Origin: Eledone cirrhosa
Taxonomy: Eukaryota
Assembly (NCBI GenBank): GCA_964016885.1
Contig: OZ024741.1
Location: forward strand, 260,152,001-260,216,000
Length of the DNA stretch: 64,000 nucleotides
Direction of reading: 5' to 3'
Shown: one piece after another, positions 1 to 14,334 of the stretch
Layout: each line of letters begins with the position of its first letter
Numbering within the stretch: position 1 is the stretch's first letter
Program-made: the position numbers and the translations under genes
The notes under the pieces: generated by a model
Database searches by the model: none
What the model saw: the letters and a program-made list of their open reading frames with translations, nothing else
Told to the model about the DNA's origin: nothing

Positions 1-3000
1 AGCGAAAACATTCGTAAGTCGAAACACTCGTAACCCGAAACACTCGTAAGTCGAAACACTCGAAAGCCGAAACACTCGTAAGTCGAAACACTCATAAGCC
101 GAAACACTCGTAAGTCGGAACACTCGTAAGTCAGAACACCCGTAAGTCAGAACACTCGTAGTCAGAACACTCGTAAGTCGAAACACTCGTAAGCCGAAAC
201 ACTCGTAAGTCGGAACACACGTAAGTCAGAACACCCGTAAGTCAGAACACTCGTAAGTCAGAACACTCCTAAGTCAGAACACTCGTAAGTCAGAGCACTC
301 GTATCGAAACACTCGTATGTAAAAACACCCGTAAGTCAAAACACTAGTAAGTCGAAACACTCGTAAGCCGAAACACCGTACGCCAAAACACTCGTAAGTC
401 GAAACACCCGTAAGTCGGAACACTCGTAAGTCAAAACTCTCGCACACCGAAACACTCGTAAGTAAAAACATTAGTAATTCAAAACACTCGTAAGCCGAAA
501 CACTCATAAATCGAAACACTCGTAAGCCGAAACACCCGTAAGTCAAAACATTCGTAAGTCGAAACACTCGTAAGTCGAAACACCCGTAAGTCAAAACACT
601 CATATGTCGAAACACTCGTAAGCCGAAACACCGTAAGTAAAAACACTCGTAAGTCGAAACACCCTTAAGTCGAAACACTCGTAAGCCGAAACACTCGTAA
701 GTCGAAACACTCGTAAGTCGGAACACTCGTAAATCAGAACACCCGCAAGTCAAAACACTCGTAAATCAGAACACTCTTAAGTCGAAACTCACGTAAGACG
801 AAACACTCGTAAGTCGAAACACGTGTAAGTCAAAACACTCGTAAGTCAAAACACTCGTAAGCCGAAACACTCGTAAGCAGAAACCCTCGTAGGTCGGAAC
901 ACTCGTAAGTCGAAACACTCGTAAGTCGAAACACCCGTAAGTCGGAACACTCGTAAGTCAGAATACTCGTAAGTCGAAACACTCGTAAACCGGAACACCC
1001 GTAAGGCAAAACATTCGTAAGTCAAAACACTCGTAAGTCGAAACACTCGTAAGCCGAAACACTCGTAAGTCGAAACACTCGTAAGTCGAAACACTCGTAA
1101 GTCGAAACACTCGTAACCCGAAACACTCGTAAGTCGAAACACTCGTAAGTCGAAACACTCGTAAGTCAGAGCACCCGTAAGTCAGAACACTCGTAGTCAG
1201 AACACTCGTAAGTCAATACACTCGTAAGTCGAAACACCCGTAAGTTGAAACATCCGTAAGTCAAAACACTCGTATGTCTAAACACTCGTAAGCCGAAACA
1301 CTCGTAAGTCGGAACACTCGCAAGTCAGAACACTCGTAAGTCAGAACACTCGTAAGTCGAAACACTCGTAAGTCGAAACACCCGTAAGTCGAAACACTCG
1401 AAAGCCGAAACACTCGTAAGTCGAAACACTCATAAGCCGAAAGACTCGTAAGTCGGAACACTCGTAAGTCAGAACACCCGTAAGTCAGAACACTCGTAGT
1501 CAGAACACTCGTATGTCGAAACACTCGTTAGCCGAAACACTCGTAAGTCGAAGCACTCGTAAGTCGAAACACTCGTAAGTCGAAACACTCGTAAGTCGAA
1601 ACACTCGTAAGCCGAAACACTCGTAAGCCGAAACACTCGTAAGTCGGAACACTCGTAAGTTAGAACACTCGTAAGTCAGAACACTCGTAAGTCAGAACAC
1701 TCGTAAGTCAGAACATTCGTAAGTCGAAACACTCGTATCGAAACACTCGTATGTCAAAACACCAGTAAGTCAAAACACTCGTAAGTCGAAACACTCGTAA
1801 GCCGAAACATCGTAAGTCAAAACACTCGTAAGTCGAAACACTCGTAAGTCGAAACACTCGTAAGTCGAAACACTCGTAAGTCGAAACACTCGTAAGCCGA
1901 AACACTCGTAAGCCGAAACACTCGTAAGTCGGAACACTCGTAAGTCAGAACACTCATAAGTCAGAACACTCGTAAGTCAGAACACTTGTAAGTCGAAACA
2001 CTCGTAAGCCGAAACACCGTAAGTCGAAACACTCGTAGTCGAAACACTCGTAAGTCGAAACACCCGTAAGTCGAAACACTCGTAAGTCGAAACACTCGTA
2101 AACCGAAACACTCGTAAGTCGAAACACTCATAGGCCGAAACACTCGTAAGTCGAAACACTCATAAGCCGAAACACTCGTAATCAAAACACTCGTAGTCAG
2201 AACACTCGTAAGTCAATCCACTCGTAAGCCGAAACACTCGTAAGTCGAAACATCCGTAAATCAGAACACTCGTAAGTCAAAACACTCGTAAGTCGAAACA
2301 CTCGTAAGCCAAAAATACTCGTAAGTCGAAACACCCTTAAGTCAAAACACTCGTAAGTCGAAACACTCGTAAGCCGAAACACTCGTAAGTCGGAACACTC
2401 GTAAGTCAGAACACTCATAAGTCAGAACACTCGTAAGTCAGAACACTTGTAAGTCGAAACACTCGTAAGCCGAAACACCGTAAGTCGAAACACTCGTAGT
2501 CGAAACACTCGTAAGTCGAAACACCCGTATGTCGAAACACTCGTAAGCCGAAACACTCGTAAGTCGAAACACTCGTAGTCGAAACACTCGTAAGCCGAAA
2601 CACCCGTAAGTCGAAACACTCGTAAGTCGAAACACTCGTAAACCGAAACACTCGTAAGTCGAAACACTCATAGGCCGAAACACTCGTAAGTCGAAACACT
2701 CATAAGCCGAAACACTCGTAATCAAAACACTCGTAGTCAGAACACTCGTAAGTCAATCCACTCGTAAGCCGAAACACTCGTAAGTCGAAACATCCGTAAA
2801 TCAGAACACTCGTAAGTCAAAACACTCGTAAGTCGAAACACTCGTAAGCCAAAAATACTCGTAAGTCGAAACACCCTTAAGTCAAAACACTCGTAAGTCG
2901 AAACACTCGTAAGCCGAAACACCCGTAAGTCAAAACACCCGTAAGTCGAAACACTCGTAAGTCGAAACACTCGTACGCCGAAACATTCGTAAGTAAAAAC

Positions 3001-3591
3001 ATTAGTAAGTCGAAACACTCGTAAGCCGAAAGACTCGTAAGTCGAAACACTCGTAAGCCGAAACACCCGTAAGTCAAAACACTCGTAAGTCGAAACACTC
3101 GTAAGTAGAAACACTCGTAAGTCAAAACTCTCGCACGCCGAAACACTCGTAAGAAAAAACATTAGTAAGTCGAAACACTCGTAAGCCGAAACACTCATAA
3201 ATCGAAACACTCGTAAGCCGAAACACCCGTAAGTCAAAACATTCGTAAGTCGAAACACCCGTAAGTCAAAACACTCATATGTCGAAACACTCGTAAGCCG
3301 AAACACCGTAAGTAAAAACACTCGAAAGTCGAAACACCCATAAGTCGAAACACTCGTAAGCCGAAACACTCGTAAGTCGAAACACTCGTAAGTCGGAACA
3401 CTCGTAAATCAGAACACCCGCAAGTCAGAACACTCGTAAATCAGAACACTCTTAAGTCGAAACTCACGTGAGCCGAAACACTCGTTGGTCGAAACACATG
3501 TAAGTCAAAACACTCGTAAGTCAAAACACTCGTAAGCCGAAACACTCGTAAGTCGAAACACTCGTAAGTCGAAACACTCGTAAAGCGAAAC

Positions 3592-3660
3592 GTATAAATA
3601 AAGATTAATGTAATGAATTTGAAAAGCATAGAGATTTGAAACCGCGTCTATTTGTTATTT
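3592..3660. repeat. 69-bp AT-rich spacer in satellite A, copy 1 (type A)
   Basis: GTATAAATAAAGATTAATGTAATGAATTTGAAAAGCATAGAGATTTGAAACCGCGTCTATTTGTTATTT, preceded by variant monomer TCGTAAAGCGAAAC and followed by TCGTAAG. Confidence 0.97.
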
Positions 3661-4024
3661 TCGTAAGTCGAAACACTCGTAAGCCGAAACACTCGTGAGC
3701 CGAAACACTCGTAAGTCGGAACACTCTTAAGTCAGAACACTCGGCAGTCAGAACACTCGTAAGTTAGAACACTCGTAAGTCAGAACACTCGTAAGTCAGA
3801 ACACTCGTAAGTCAGAACACTCGTAAGTCAGAACACTCGTAAGTCAGAGCACTCGTATCGAAACACTCGTATGTCAAAACACCCGTAAGTCAAAACACTC
3901 GTAAGTCGAAACACGCGTAAGTCGAAACACATGTAAGTCAAAACACTCTTAAATCAAAACACTCGTAAGCCGAAACACTCGTAAGTCGAAACACTCGTAA
4001 GTCGAAACGCTCGTAAAGCGAAAC

Positions 4025-4093
4025 GTATAAATAAAGATTAATGTAATGAATTTGAAAAGCATAGAGATTTGAAACCGCGTCTATTTGTTATTT
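4025..4093. repeat. 69-bp spacer copy 2 (type A)
   Basis: Same sequence and immediate flanks as copy 1. Confidence 0.97.
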
Positions 4094-6063
4094 TCGTAAG
4101 TCGAAACACTCGTAAGCCGAAACACTCGTGAGCCGAAACACTCGTAAGTCGGAACACTCGTAAGTCAGAACACTCGTAAGTCAGAACACTCGTAAGTTAG
4201 AACACTCGTAAGTCAGAACACTCGTAAGTCGAAACACTCGCATCGAAACACTCGTATGTCAAAACACCAGTAAGTCAAAACACTCGTAAGTCGAAACACT
4301 CGTAAGCCGAAACACCGTAAGTCAAAACACTCGTAAGTCGAAACACTCGTAAGCCGAAACACCCGTAAGCCAAAACAACCGTAAGTCGAAACACCCGTAA
4401 GTCGAAACACCCGTAAGTCAAAACACTCGTATGTCGAAACACTCGTAAGCCGAAACACCGTAAGTCAAAACACTCGTAAGTCGAAACACCCGTAAGTCGA
4501 AACATCCGTAAGTCAAAACACTCGTATCTCGAAACACTCGTAAGCCGAAACACTCGTAAGTCGGAACACTCGCAAGTCAGAACACTCGTAAGTCAGAACA
4601 CTCGTAAGTCGAAACATTCGTAAGTCGAAACACCCGTAAGTCGAAACGCCCGTAAGTCAAAACACTCGTAAGTCGAAACACTCGTAAGTCGAAACACTCG
4701 TAAGCGGAAACACTCGTAAGCGAAAACATTCGTAAGTCGAAACACTCGTAACCCGAAACACTCGTAAGTCGAAACACTCGAAAGCCGAAACACTCGTAAG
4801 TCGAAACACTCATAAGCCGAAACACTCGTAAGTCGGAACACTCGTAAGTCAGAACACCCGTAAGTCAGAACACTCGTAGTCAGAACACTCGTAAGTCGAA
4901 ACACTCGTAAGCCGAAACACTCGTAAGTCGAAACATCCTTAAGTCGAAACACTCGTACACCGAAACACTCGTAAGTAAAAACATTAGTAAGTCGAAACAC
5001 TCGTAAGCCGAAACACTCGTAAGTCGAAACACCCGTAAGTCGAAACACCCGTAAGTCAAAACACTCGTATGTCGAAACACTCGTAAACCGAAACACTCGT
5101 AAGTCGGAACACTCGTAAGTCAGAACACTCGTAAGTCAGAACACTCGTAAGTCGAAACACTCAAAAGTCGAAACACTCGTAAGTCGAAACACCCGTAAGT
5201 CGAAACACTCGTATGTCGAATAACTCGTAAGCCGAAACACCGTAAGTCAAAACACTCGTAAGTCGAAACACTCGTAAGTCGAAACACCCATAAGCCGAAA
5301 CACTCGTAAGCCAAAACATTCGTAAGTCGAAACACTCGTAAACCGAAACACTCGTAAGCCAAAACATTCGTAAGTCGAAACACTCGTAAGTCGAAACACC
5401 GATAGCCGAAACACTCGTAAGTCGGAACACACGTAAGTCAGAACACCCGTAAGTCAGAACACTCGTAAGTCAGAACACTCGTAAGTCAGAACACTCGTAA
5501 GTCAGAGCACTCGTATCGAAACACTCGTATGTCAAAATACCCATAAGTCAAAACACTCGTAAGTCGAAACACTCGTCAGCCGAAACACCGTAAGCCAAAA
5601 CACTCGTAAGTCGAAACACCCGTAAGTCGGAACACTCGTAAGTCGAAACACTCGTAAGTCGAAACACTCGTAAGCCGAAACACTCGTAAGCCGAAACACT
5701 CGTAAGTCGGAACACTCGTAAGTCGGAACACTCGTAAGTCAGAACACTCGTAAGTCAGAACACTCGTAAGTCAGAACACTCGTAAGTCAGAACACTCGTA
5801 AGTCGAAACACTCGTATCGAAACACTCGTAAGTCGAAACACCCTTAAGTCAAAACACTCGTAAGCCAAAACACTCGTAAGTCGAAACACTCGTAAGTTGG
5901 AACACTCGTAAGTCAGAACACTCGTAAGTCAGAACACTCGTAAGTGGAAACACGCGTAAGTCGAAAGACCCGTAAGTCAAAAATCTCGTAAGTCAAAACA
6001 CTCGTAAGCCGAAACACTCGTAAGTCAAAACACTCGTAAGTCGAAACATTCGTAAAGCGAAAC

Positions 6064-6132
6064 GTATAAATAAAGATTAATGTAATGAACTTGAAAAGCA
6101 TAGAGATTTGAAACCGCGTCTATTTGTTATTA
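6064..6132. repeat. 69-bp spacer copy 3 (type B)
   Basis: Differs from type A by GAACTTG and a TTATTA end. Confidence 0.96.
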
Positions 6133-7454
6133 TCGTAAGTCGAAACACTCGTAAGTCAGAACACTCGTAAGTCAGAACACTCGTAAGTCAGAACACTCGT
6201 AAGTCAGAACACTCGTAAGTCAGAACACTCGTAAGTCAGAACACTCTTAAGTCAGAACACTCGTATCGAAACACTCGTATGTCAAAACACCTGTAAGTCA
6301 AAACACTCGTAAGTCGAAACACTCGTAAGTCGAAACACTCGTAAGCCGAAACAATCGTAAGTCAAAACACTCGTAAGTCGAAACACTCGTGAGCCGAAAA
6401 TACTCGTAATTCGGAACACCCGTAAGCCGAAACCCTCGCAGGTCGGAACACTCGTAAGTCGAAACACTCGTAAGTCGAAACACCCGTAAGTCGGAACACT
6501 CGTAAGTCAGAATACTCGTAAGTCGAAACACTCGTAAACCGGAATACCCGTAAGGCAAAACATTCGTAAGTCAAAACACTCGTAAGTCGAAACACTCGTA
6601 AGCCGAAACACTCGTAAGTCGAAACACTCGTAAGTCGAAACACCCGTAAGTCGAAACATCCGTAAGTCAAAACACTCGTATGTCGAAACACTCGTAAGCC
6701 GAAACACTCGTAAGTCGGAACACTCGCAAGTCAGAACACTCGTAAGTCAGAACACTCGTAAGTTGAAACACTCGTAAGTCGAAACACCCGTAAGTCGAAA
6801 CGCCCGTAAGTCAAAACACTCGTATGTCGAAACAATCGCAAGCCGAAAAACCGTAAGTCAAAACACTCGTAAATCGAAACACTCGTAAGTCGAAACACTC
6901 GTAAGCGGAAACACTCGTAAGCGAAAACATTCGTAAGTCGAAACACTCGTAACCCGAAACACTCGTAAGTCGAAACACTCGAAAGCCGAAACACTCGTAA
7001 GTCGAAACACTCATAAGCCGAAACACTCGTAAGTCGGAACACTCGTAAGTCAGAACACCCGTAAGTCAGAACACTCGTAGTCAGAACACTCGTAAGTCGA
7101 AACACTCGTAAGCCGAAACACTCGTAAGTCGAAGCACTCGTAATCCGAAACACTCTTAAGTCGAAACACTCGTAAGTCGGAACACTCGCAAGTCAGAACA
7201 CTCGTAAGTCAGAACACTCGTAAGTCGAAACACTCGTAAGCCGAAACACCCGTAAGTCAAAACATCCATAAGTCAAAACATTCGTAAGTCGAAACACCCG
7301 TAGTCGAAACACTCGCAAGTCGAAACACTCGTAAGTCGAAACACGCGTAAGTCGAAACACATGTAAGTCAAAACACTCTTAAGTCAAAACACTCGTAAGC
7401 CGAAACACTCGTAAGTCGAAACACTCGTAAGTCGAAACGCTCGTAAAGCGAAAC

Positions 7455-7523
7455 GTATAAATAAAGATTAATGTAATGAATTTGAAAAGCATAGAGATTT
7501 GAAACCGCGTCTATTTGTTATTT
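7455..7523. repeat. 69-bp spacer copy 4 (type A)
   Basis: Same sequence as copy 1. Confidence 0.96.
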
Positions 7524-8046
7524 TCGTAAGTCGAAACACTCGTAAGCCGAAACACTCGTGAGCCGAAACACTCGTAAGTCGGAACACTCGTAAGTCAGAA
7601 CACTCGTAAGTCAGAACACTCGTAAGTTAGAACACTCGTAAGTCAGAACACTGGTAAGTCGAAACACTCGTATCGAAACACTCGTATGTCAAAACACCAG
7701 TAAGTCAAAACACTCGTAAGTCGAAACACTCGTAAGCCGAAACACCGTAAGTCAAAACACTCGTAAGTCGAAACACTCGTAAGCCGAAACACCCGTAAGT
7801 CAAAACATTCGTAAGTCAAAACACTCGTAAGTCGAAACACTCGTAAGTCGAAACACTCGTAAGTCGAAACAGTCGTAAGCCGAAACAACCGTAAGTCGAA
7901 ACACCCGTAAGTCGAAACACCCTTAAGTCAAAACACTCGTATGTCGAAACACTCGTAAGTCGGAACACTCGTAAGTCAGAACACTCGTAAGTCAGAACAC
8001 TCGTAAGTGGAAACACGCGTAAGTCGAAACATTCGTAAAGCGAAAC

Positions 8047-8115
8047 GTATAAATAAAGATTAATGTAATGAACTTGAAAAGCATAGAGATTTGAAACCGC
8101 GTCTATTTGTTATTT
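8047..8115. repeat. 69-bp spacer copy 5 (A/B intermediate)
   Basis: GAACTTG as in type B but TTATTT end as in type A. Confidence 0.95.
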
Positions 8116-10470
8116 TCTTAAGTCGAAACACTCGTAAGTCAGAACACTCGTAAGTCAGAACACTCGTAAGTCAGAACACTCGTAAGTCAGAACACTCGTA
8201 AGTCAGAACACTCTTAATTCAGAACACTCGTATCGAAACACTCGTATGTCAAAACACCCGTAAGTCAAAACACTCGTAAGTCGAAACACTCGTAAGTCAA
8301 AACACTCGTAAGTCGAAACACTCGTAAGCAGAAACCCTCGTAGGTCGGAACACTCGTAAGCCGAAACACTCGTAAGTCGAAACACCCGTAAGTCGGAACA
8401 CTCGTAAGTCAGAATACTCGTAAGTCGAAACACTCGTAAACCGGAACACCCGTAAGGCAAAACATTCGTAAGTCAAAACACTCGTAAGTCGAAACACTCG
8501 TAAGCCGAAACACTCGTAAGTCGAAACACTCGTAAGTCGAAACACTCGTAAGTCGAAACACTCGTAACCCGAAACACTCGTAAGTCGAAACACTCGTAAG
8601 TCGAAACACTCGTAAGTCAGAGCACCCGTAAGTCAGAACACTCGTAGTCAGAACACTCGTAAGTCAATACACTCGTAAGTCGAAACACCCGTAAGTTGAA
8701 ACATCCGTAAGTCAAAACACTCGTATGTCGAAACACTCGTAAGCCGAAACACTCGTAAGTCGGAACACTCGCAAGTCAGAACACTCGTAAGTCAGAACAC
8801 TCGTAAGTCGAAACACTCGTAAGTCGAAACACCCGTAAGTCGAAACACTCGAAAGCCGAAACACTCGTAAGTCGAAACACTCATAAGCCGAAAGACTCGT
8901 AAGTCGGAACACTCGTAAGTCAGAACACCCGTAAGTCAGAACACTCGTAGTCAGAACACTCGTATGTCGAAACACTCGTTAGCCGAAACACTCGTAAGTC
9001 GAAGCACTCGTAAGTCGAAACACTCGTAAGTCGAAACACTCGTAAGTCGAAACACTCGTAAGCCGAAACACTCGTAAGCCGAAACACTCGTAAGTCGGAA
9101 CACTCGTAAGTTAGAACACTCGTAAGTCAGAACACTCGTAAGTCAGAACACTCGTAAGTCAGAACACTCGTAAGTCGAAACACTCGTATCGAAACACTCG
9201 TATGTCAAAACACCAGTAAGTCAAAACACTCGTAAGTCGAAACACTCGTAAGCCGAAACATCGTAAGTCAAAACACTCGTAAGTCGAAACACTCGTAAGT
9301 CGAAACACTCGTAAGTCGAAACACTCGTAAGTCGAAACACTCGTAAGCCGAAACACTCGTAAGCCGAAACACTCGTAAGTCGGAACACTCGTAAGTCAGA
9401 ACAGTCATAAGTCAGAACACTCGTAAGTCAGAACACTTGTAAGTCGAAACACTCGTAAGCCGAAACACCGTAAGTCGAAACACTCGTAGTCGAAACACTC
9501 GTAAGTCGAAACACCCGTAAGTCGAAACACTCGTAAGTCGAAACACTCGTAAACCGAAACACTCGTAAGTCGAAACACTCATAGGCCGAAACACTCGTAA
9601 TCAAAACACTCGTAGTCGGAACACTCGTAAGTCAATCCACTCGTAAGCCGAAACACTCGTAAGTCGAAACATCCGTAAATCAGAACACTCGTAAGTCAAA
9701 ACACTCGTAAGTCGAAACACTCGTAAGCCAAAAATACTCGTAAGTCGAAACACCCTTAAGTCAAAACACTCGTAAGTCGAAACACTCGTAAGCCGAAACA
9801 CCCGTAAGTCAAAACACCCGTAAGTCGAAACACTCGTAAGTCGAAACACTCGTACGCCGAAACATTCGTAAGTAAAAACATTAGTAAGTCGAAACACTCA
9901 TAAGCCGAAAGACTCGTAAGTCGAAACACTCGTAAGCCGAAACACCCGTAAGTCAAAACACTCGTAAGTCGAAACACTCGTAAGTAGAAACACTCGTAAG
10001 TCAAAACTCTCGCACGCCGAAACACTCGTAAGTAAAAACATTAGTAAGTCGAAACACTCGTAAGCCGAAACACTCATAAATCGAAACACTCGTAAGCCGA
10101 AACACCCGTAAGTCAAAACATTCGTAAGTCGAAACACCCGTAAGTCAAAACACTCATATGTCGAAACACTCGTAAGCCGAAACACCGTAAGTAAAAACAC
10201 TCGTAAGTCGAAACACCCATAAGTCGAAACACTCGTAAGCCGAAACACTCGTAAGTCGAAACACTCGTAAGTCGGAACACTCGTAAATCAGAACACCCGC
10301 AAGTCAGAACACTCGTAAATCAGAACACTCTTAAGTCGAAACTCACGTAAGCCGAAACACTCGTTGGTCGAAACACATGTAAGTCAAAACACTCGTAAGT
10401 CAAAACACTCGTAAGCCGAAACACTCGTAAGTCGAAACACTCGTAAGTCGAAACACTCGTAAAGCGAAAC

Positions 10471-10539
10471 GTATAAATAAAGATTAATGTAATGAATTTG
10501 AAAAGCATAGAGATTTGAAACCGCGTCTATTTGTTATTT
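10471..10539. repeat. 69-bp spacer copy 6 (type A)
   Basis: Same sequence as copy 1; lies 6879 bp from copy 1 in a duplicated block. Confidence 0.96.
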
Positions 10540-11619
10540 TCGTAAGTCGAAACACTCGTAAGCCGAAACACTCGTGAGCCGAAACACTCGTAAGTCGGAA
10601 CACTCTTAAGTCAGAACACTCGGCAGTCAGAACACTCGTAAGTTAGAACACTCGTAAGTCAGAACACTCGTAAGTCAGAACACTCGTAAGTCAGAACACT
10701 CGTAAGTCGAAACACTCGTATCGAAACACTCGTATGTCAAAACACCAGTAAGTCAAAACACTCGTAAGTCGAAACACTCGTAAGCCGAAACACCGTAAGT
10801 CAAAACACTCGTAAGTCGAAACACTCGTAAGTCGAAACACTCGTAAGTCGAAACACTCGTAAGTCGAAACACTCGTAAGCCGAAACACTCGTAAGCCGAA
10901 ACACTCGTAAGTCGGAACACTCGTAAGTCAGAACACTCATAAGTCAGAACACTCGTAAGTCAGAACACTCGTAAGTCGAAACACTCGTAAGCCGAAACAC
11001 CGTACGTCGAAACACCCGTATGTCGAAACACTCGTAAGCCGAAACACTCGTAAGTCGAAACACTCGTAGTCGAAACACTCGTAAGTCGAAACACCCGTAA
11101 GTCGAAACACTCGTAAGTCGAAACACTCGTAAACCGAAACACTCGTAAGTCGAAACACTCATAAGTCGAAACACCCATAAGCCGAAACACTCGAAAGCCA
11201 AAACATTCGTAAGTCGAAACACTCGTAAGCCGAAACACTCGTAAGCCAAAACATTCGTAAGTCGAAACATTCGTAAGTCGAAACACCCGTAAGTCAAAAC
11301 ACTCATATGTCGAAACACTCGTAAGCCGAAACACCGTAAGTAAAAACACTCGTAAGTCGAAACACCCTTAAGTCGAAACACTCGTAAGCCGAAACACTCG
11401 TAAGTCGAAACACTCGTAAGTCGGAACACTCGTAAATCAGAACACCCGCAAGTCAAAACACTCGTAAATCAGAACACTCTTAAGTCGAAACTCACGTAAG
11501 ACGAAACACTCGTAAGTCGAAACACGTGTAAGTCAAAACACTCGTAAGTCAAAACACTCGTAAGCCGAAACACTCGTAAGTCGAAACACTCGTAAGTCGA
11601 AACACTCGTAAAGCGAAAC

Positions 11620-11688
11620 GTATAAATAAAGATTAATGTAATGAATTTGAAAAGCATAGAGATTTGAAACCGCGTCTATTTGTTATTT
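11620..11688. repeat. 69-bp spacer copy 7 (type A)
   Basis: Same sequence as copy 1. Confidence 0.96.
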
Positions 11689-14265
11689 TCGTAAGTCGAA
11701 ACACTCGTTAGACGAAACACTCGTGAGCCGAAACACTCGTAAGTCGGAACACTCTTAAGTCAGAACACTCGGAAGTCAGAACACTCGTAAGTTAGAACAC
11801 TCGTAAGTCAGAACACTCGTAAGTCAGAACACTCGTAAGTCAGAACACTCGTAAGTCGAAACACTCGTAAGCCGAAACACCGTAAGTCAAAACACTCGTA
11901 AGTCGAAACACTCGTAAGTCGAAACACTCGTAAGTCGAAACACTCGTCAGTCGAAACACTCGTAAGTCGAAACACTCGTAAGCTGAAACACTCGTAAGCC
12001 GAAACACTCGTAAGTCAGAACACTCATAAGTCAGAACACTCGTAAGTCAGAACACTCGTAAGTCGAAACACCCGTATGTCGAAACACTCTTAAGCCGAAA
12101 CACTCGTAAGTCGAAACACTCGTAGTCGAAACACTCGTAAGTCGAAACACCCGTAAGTCGAAACACTCGTAAGTCGAAACACTCGTAAACCGAAACACTC
12201 GTAAGTCGAAACACTCATAAGTCGAAACACTCGTAAGTCGAAACACCCATAAGCCGAAACACTCGTAAGCCAAAACATTCGTAAGTCGAAACACTCGTAA
12301 GCCGAAACACTCGTAAGCCAAAACATTCGTAAGTCGAAACACTCGTAAGTCGAAACACCCATAGCCGAAACACTCGTAAGTCGGAACACCCGTAAGTCAG
12401 AACACCCGTAAGTCAGAACACTCGTAAGTCAGAACACTCGTAAGTCAGAACACTCGTAAGTCAGAGCACTCGTATCGAAACACTCGTATGTAAAAACACC
12501 CATAAGTCAAAACACTAGTAAGTCGAAACACTCGTAAGCCGAAACACCGTAAGCCAAAACACTCGTAAGTCGAAACACCCGTAAGTCGGAACACTCGTAA
12601 GTCAAAACACTCGTAAGTCGAAACACTCGTAAGCCGAAACACTCGTAAGCCGAAACACTCGTAAGTCGGAAAACTCGTAAGTCGGAACACTCGTAAGTCA
12701 GAACACTCGTAAGTCAGAACACTCGTAAGTCAGAACACTCGTAAGTCAGAATACTCGTAAGTCGAAACACTCGTATCGAAACACTCGTATGTCAAAACAC
12801 CCGTAAGTCAAAACACTCGTAAGTCGAAACACTCGTAAGTCGAAACACTCGTATGTCGAAACATCCGTAAATCAGAACACTCGTAAGTCGAAACACTCGT
12901 AAGTCGAAACACCCGTAAGTCGGAACACTCGTAAGTCGAAACACTCGTAAGTCGAAACACCCATAGCCGAAACACTCGTAAGTCGGAACACACGTAAGTC
13001 AGAACACCCGTAAGTCAGAACACTCGTAAGTCAGAACACTCGTAAGTCAGAACACTCGTAAGTCAGAGCACTCGTATCGAAACACTCGTATGTCAAAACA
13101 CCCGTAAGTCAAAACACTCGTAAGTCGAAACACTCGTAAGTCGAAACACTCGTAAGCCGAAACAATCGTAAGTCAAAACACTCGTAAGTCGAAACACTCG
13201 TGAGCCGAAAATACTCGTAATTCGGAACACCCGTAAGCCGAAACCCTCGCAGGTCGGAACACTCGTAAGTCGAAACACTCGTAAGACGAAACACCCGTAA
13301 GTCGGAACACTCGTAAGTCAGAATACTCGTAAGTCGAAACACTCGTAAACCGGAACACCCGTAAGGCAAAACATTCGTAAGTCAAAACACTCGTATGTCG
13401 AAACACTCGTAAGCCGAAACACTCGTAAGTCGAAACACTCGTAAGTCGAAACACCCGTAAGTCGAAACATCCGTAAGTCAAAACACTCGTATGTCGAAAC
13501 ACTCGTAAGCCGAAACACTCCTAAGTCGGAACACTCGCAAGTCAGAACACTCGTAAGTCAGAACACTCGTAAGTTGAAACACTCGTAAGTCGAAACACCC
13601 GTAAGTCGAAACGCCCGTAACTCAAAACACTCGTATGTCGAAACAATCGCAAGCCGAAAAACCGTAAGTCAAAACACTCGTAAGTCGAAACACTCGTAAG
13701 TCGAAACACTCGTAAGCGGAAACACTCGTAAGCGAAAACATTCGTAAGTCGAAACACTCGTAACCCGAAACACTCGTAAGTCGAAACACTCGAAAGCCGA
13801 AACACTCGTAAGTCGAAACACTCATAAGCCGAAACACTCGTAAGTCGGAACACTCGTAAGTCAGAACACCCGTAAGTCAGAACACTCGTAGTCAGAACAC
13901 TCGTAAGTCGAAACACTCGTAAGCCGAAACAATCGTAAGTCGAAGCACTCGTAATCCGAAACACTCTTAAGTCGAAACACTCGTAAGTCGGAACACTCGC
14001 AAGTCAGAACACTCGTAAGTCAGAACACTCGTAAGTCGAAACACTCGTAAGCCGAAACACCCGTAAGTCAAAACATCCGTAAGTCAAAACATTCGTAAGT
14101 CGAAACACCCGTAGTCGAAACACTCGCAAGTCGAAACACTCGTAAGTCGAAACACGCGTAAGTCGAAACACATGTAAGTCAAAACACTCTTAAGTCAAAA
14201 CACTCGTAAGCCGAAACACTCGTAAGTCGAAACACTCGTAAGTCGAAACGCTCGTAAAGCGAAAC

Positions 14266-14334
14266 GTATAAATAAAGATTAATGTAATGAATTTGAAAAG
14301 CATAGAGATTTGAAACCGCGTCTATTTGTTATTT
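14266..14334. repeat. 69-bp spacer copy 8 (type A)
   Basis: Same sequence as copy 1; 6811 bp from copy 4. Confidence 0.96.

Larger units (their letters stand above)
846..10700. repeat. Block duplication in satellite A: about 0.85-3.8 kb repeated at about 8.3-10.7 kb
   Basis: Matching variant strings in the ORF track at offsets 7451 (846/8297, 1261/8712, 1708/9159) and 6879 (2877/9756, 3441/10320). The offset change is largely explained by a ~540-bp local duplication (2161 vs 2701). Boundaries approximate. Confidence 0.85.

Noticed and set aside
3592-3660. 69-bp spacer as a tRNA, SINE or MITE
   Set aside because: No cloverleaf, A/B boxes, terminal inverted repeats, poly(A) tail or target-site duplication is visible.
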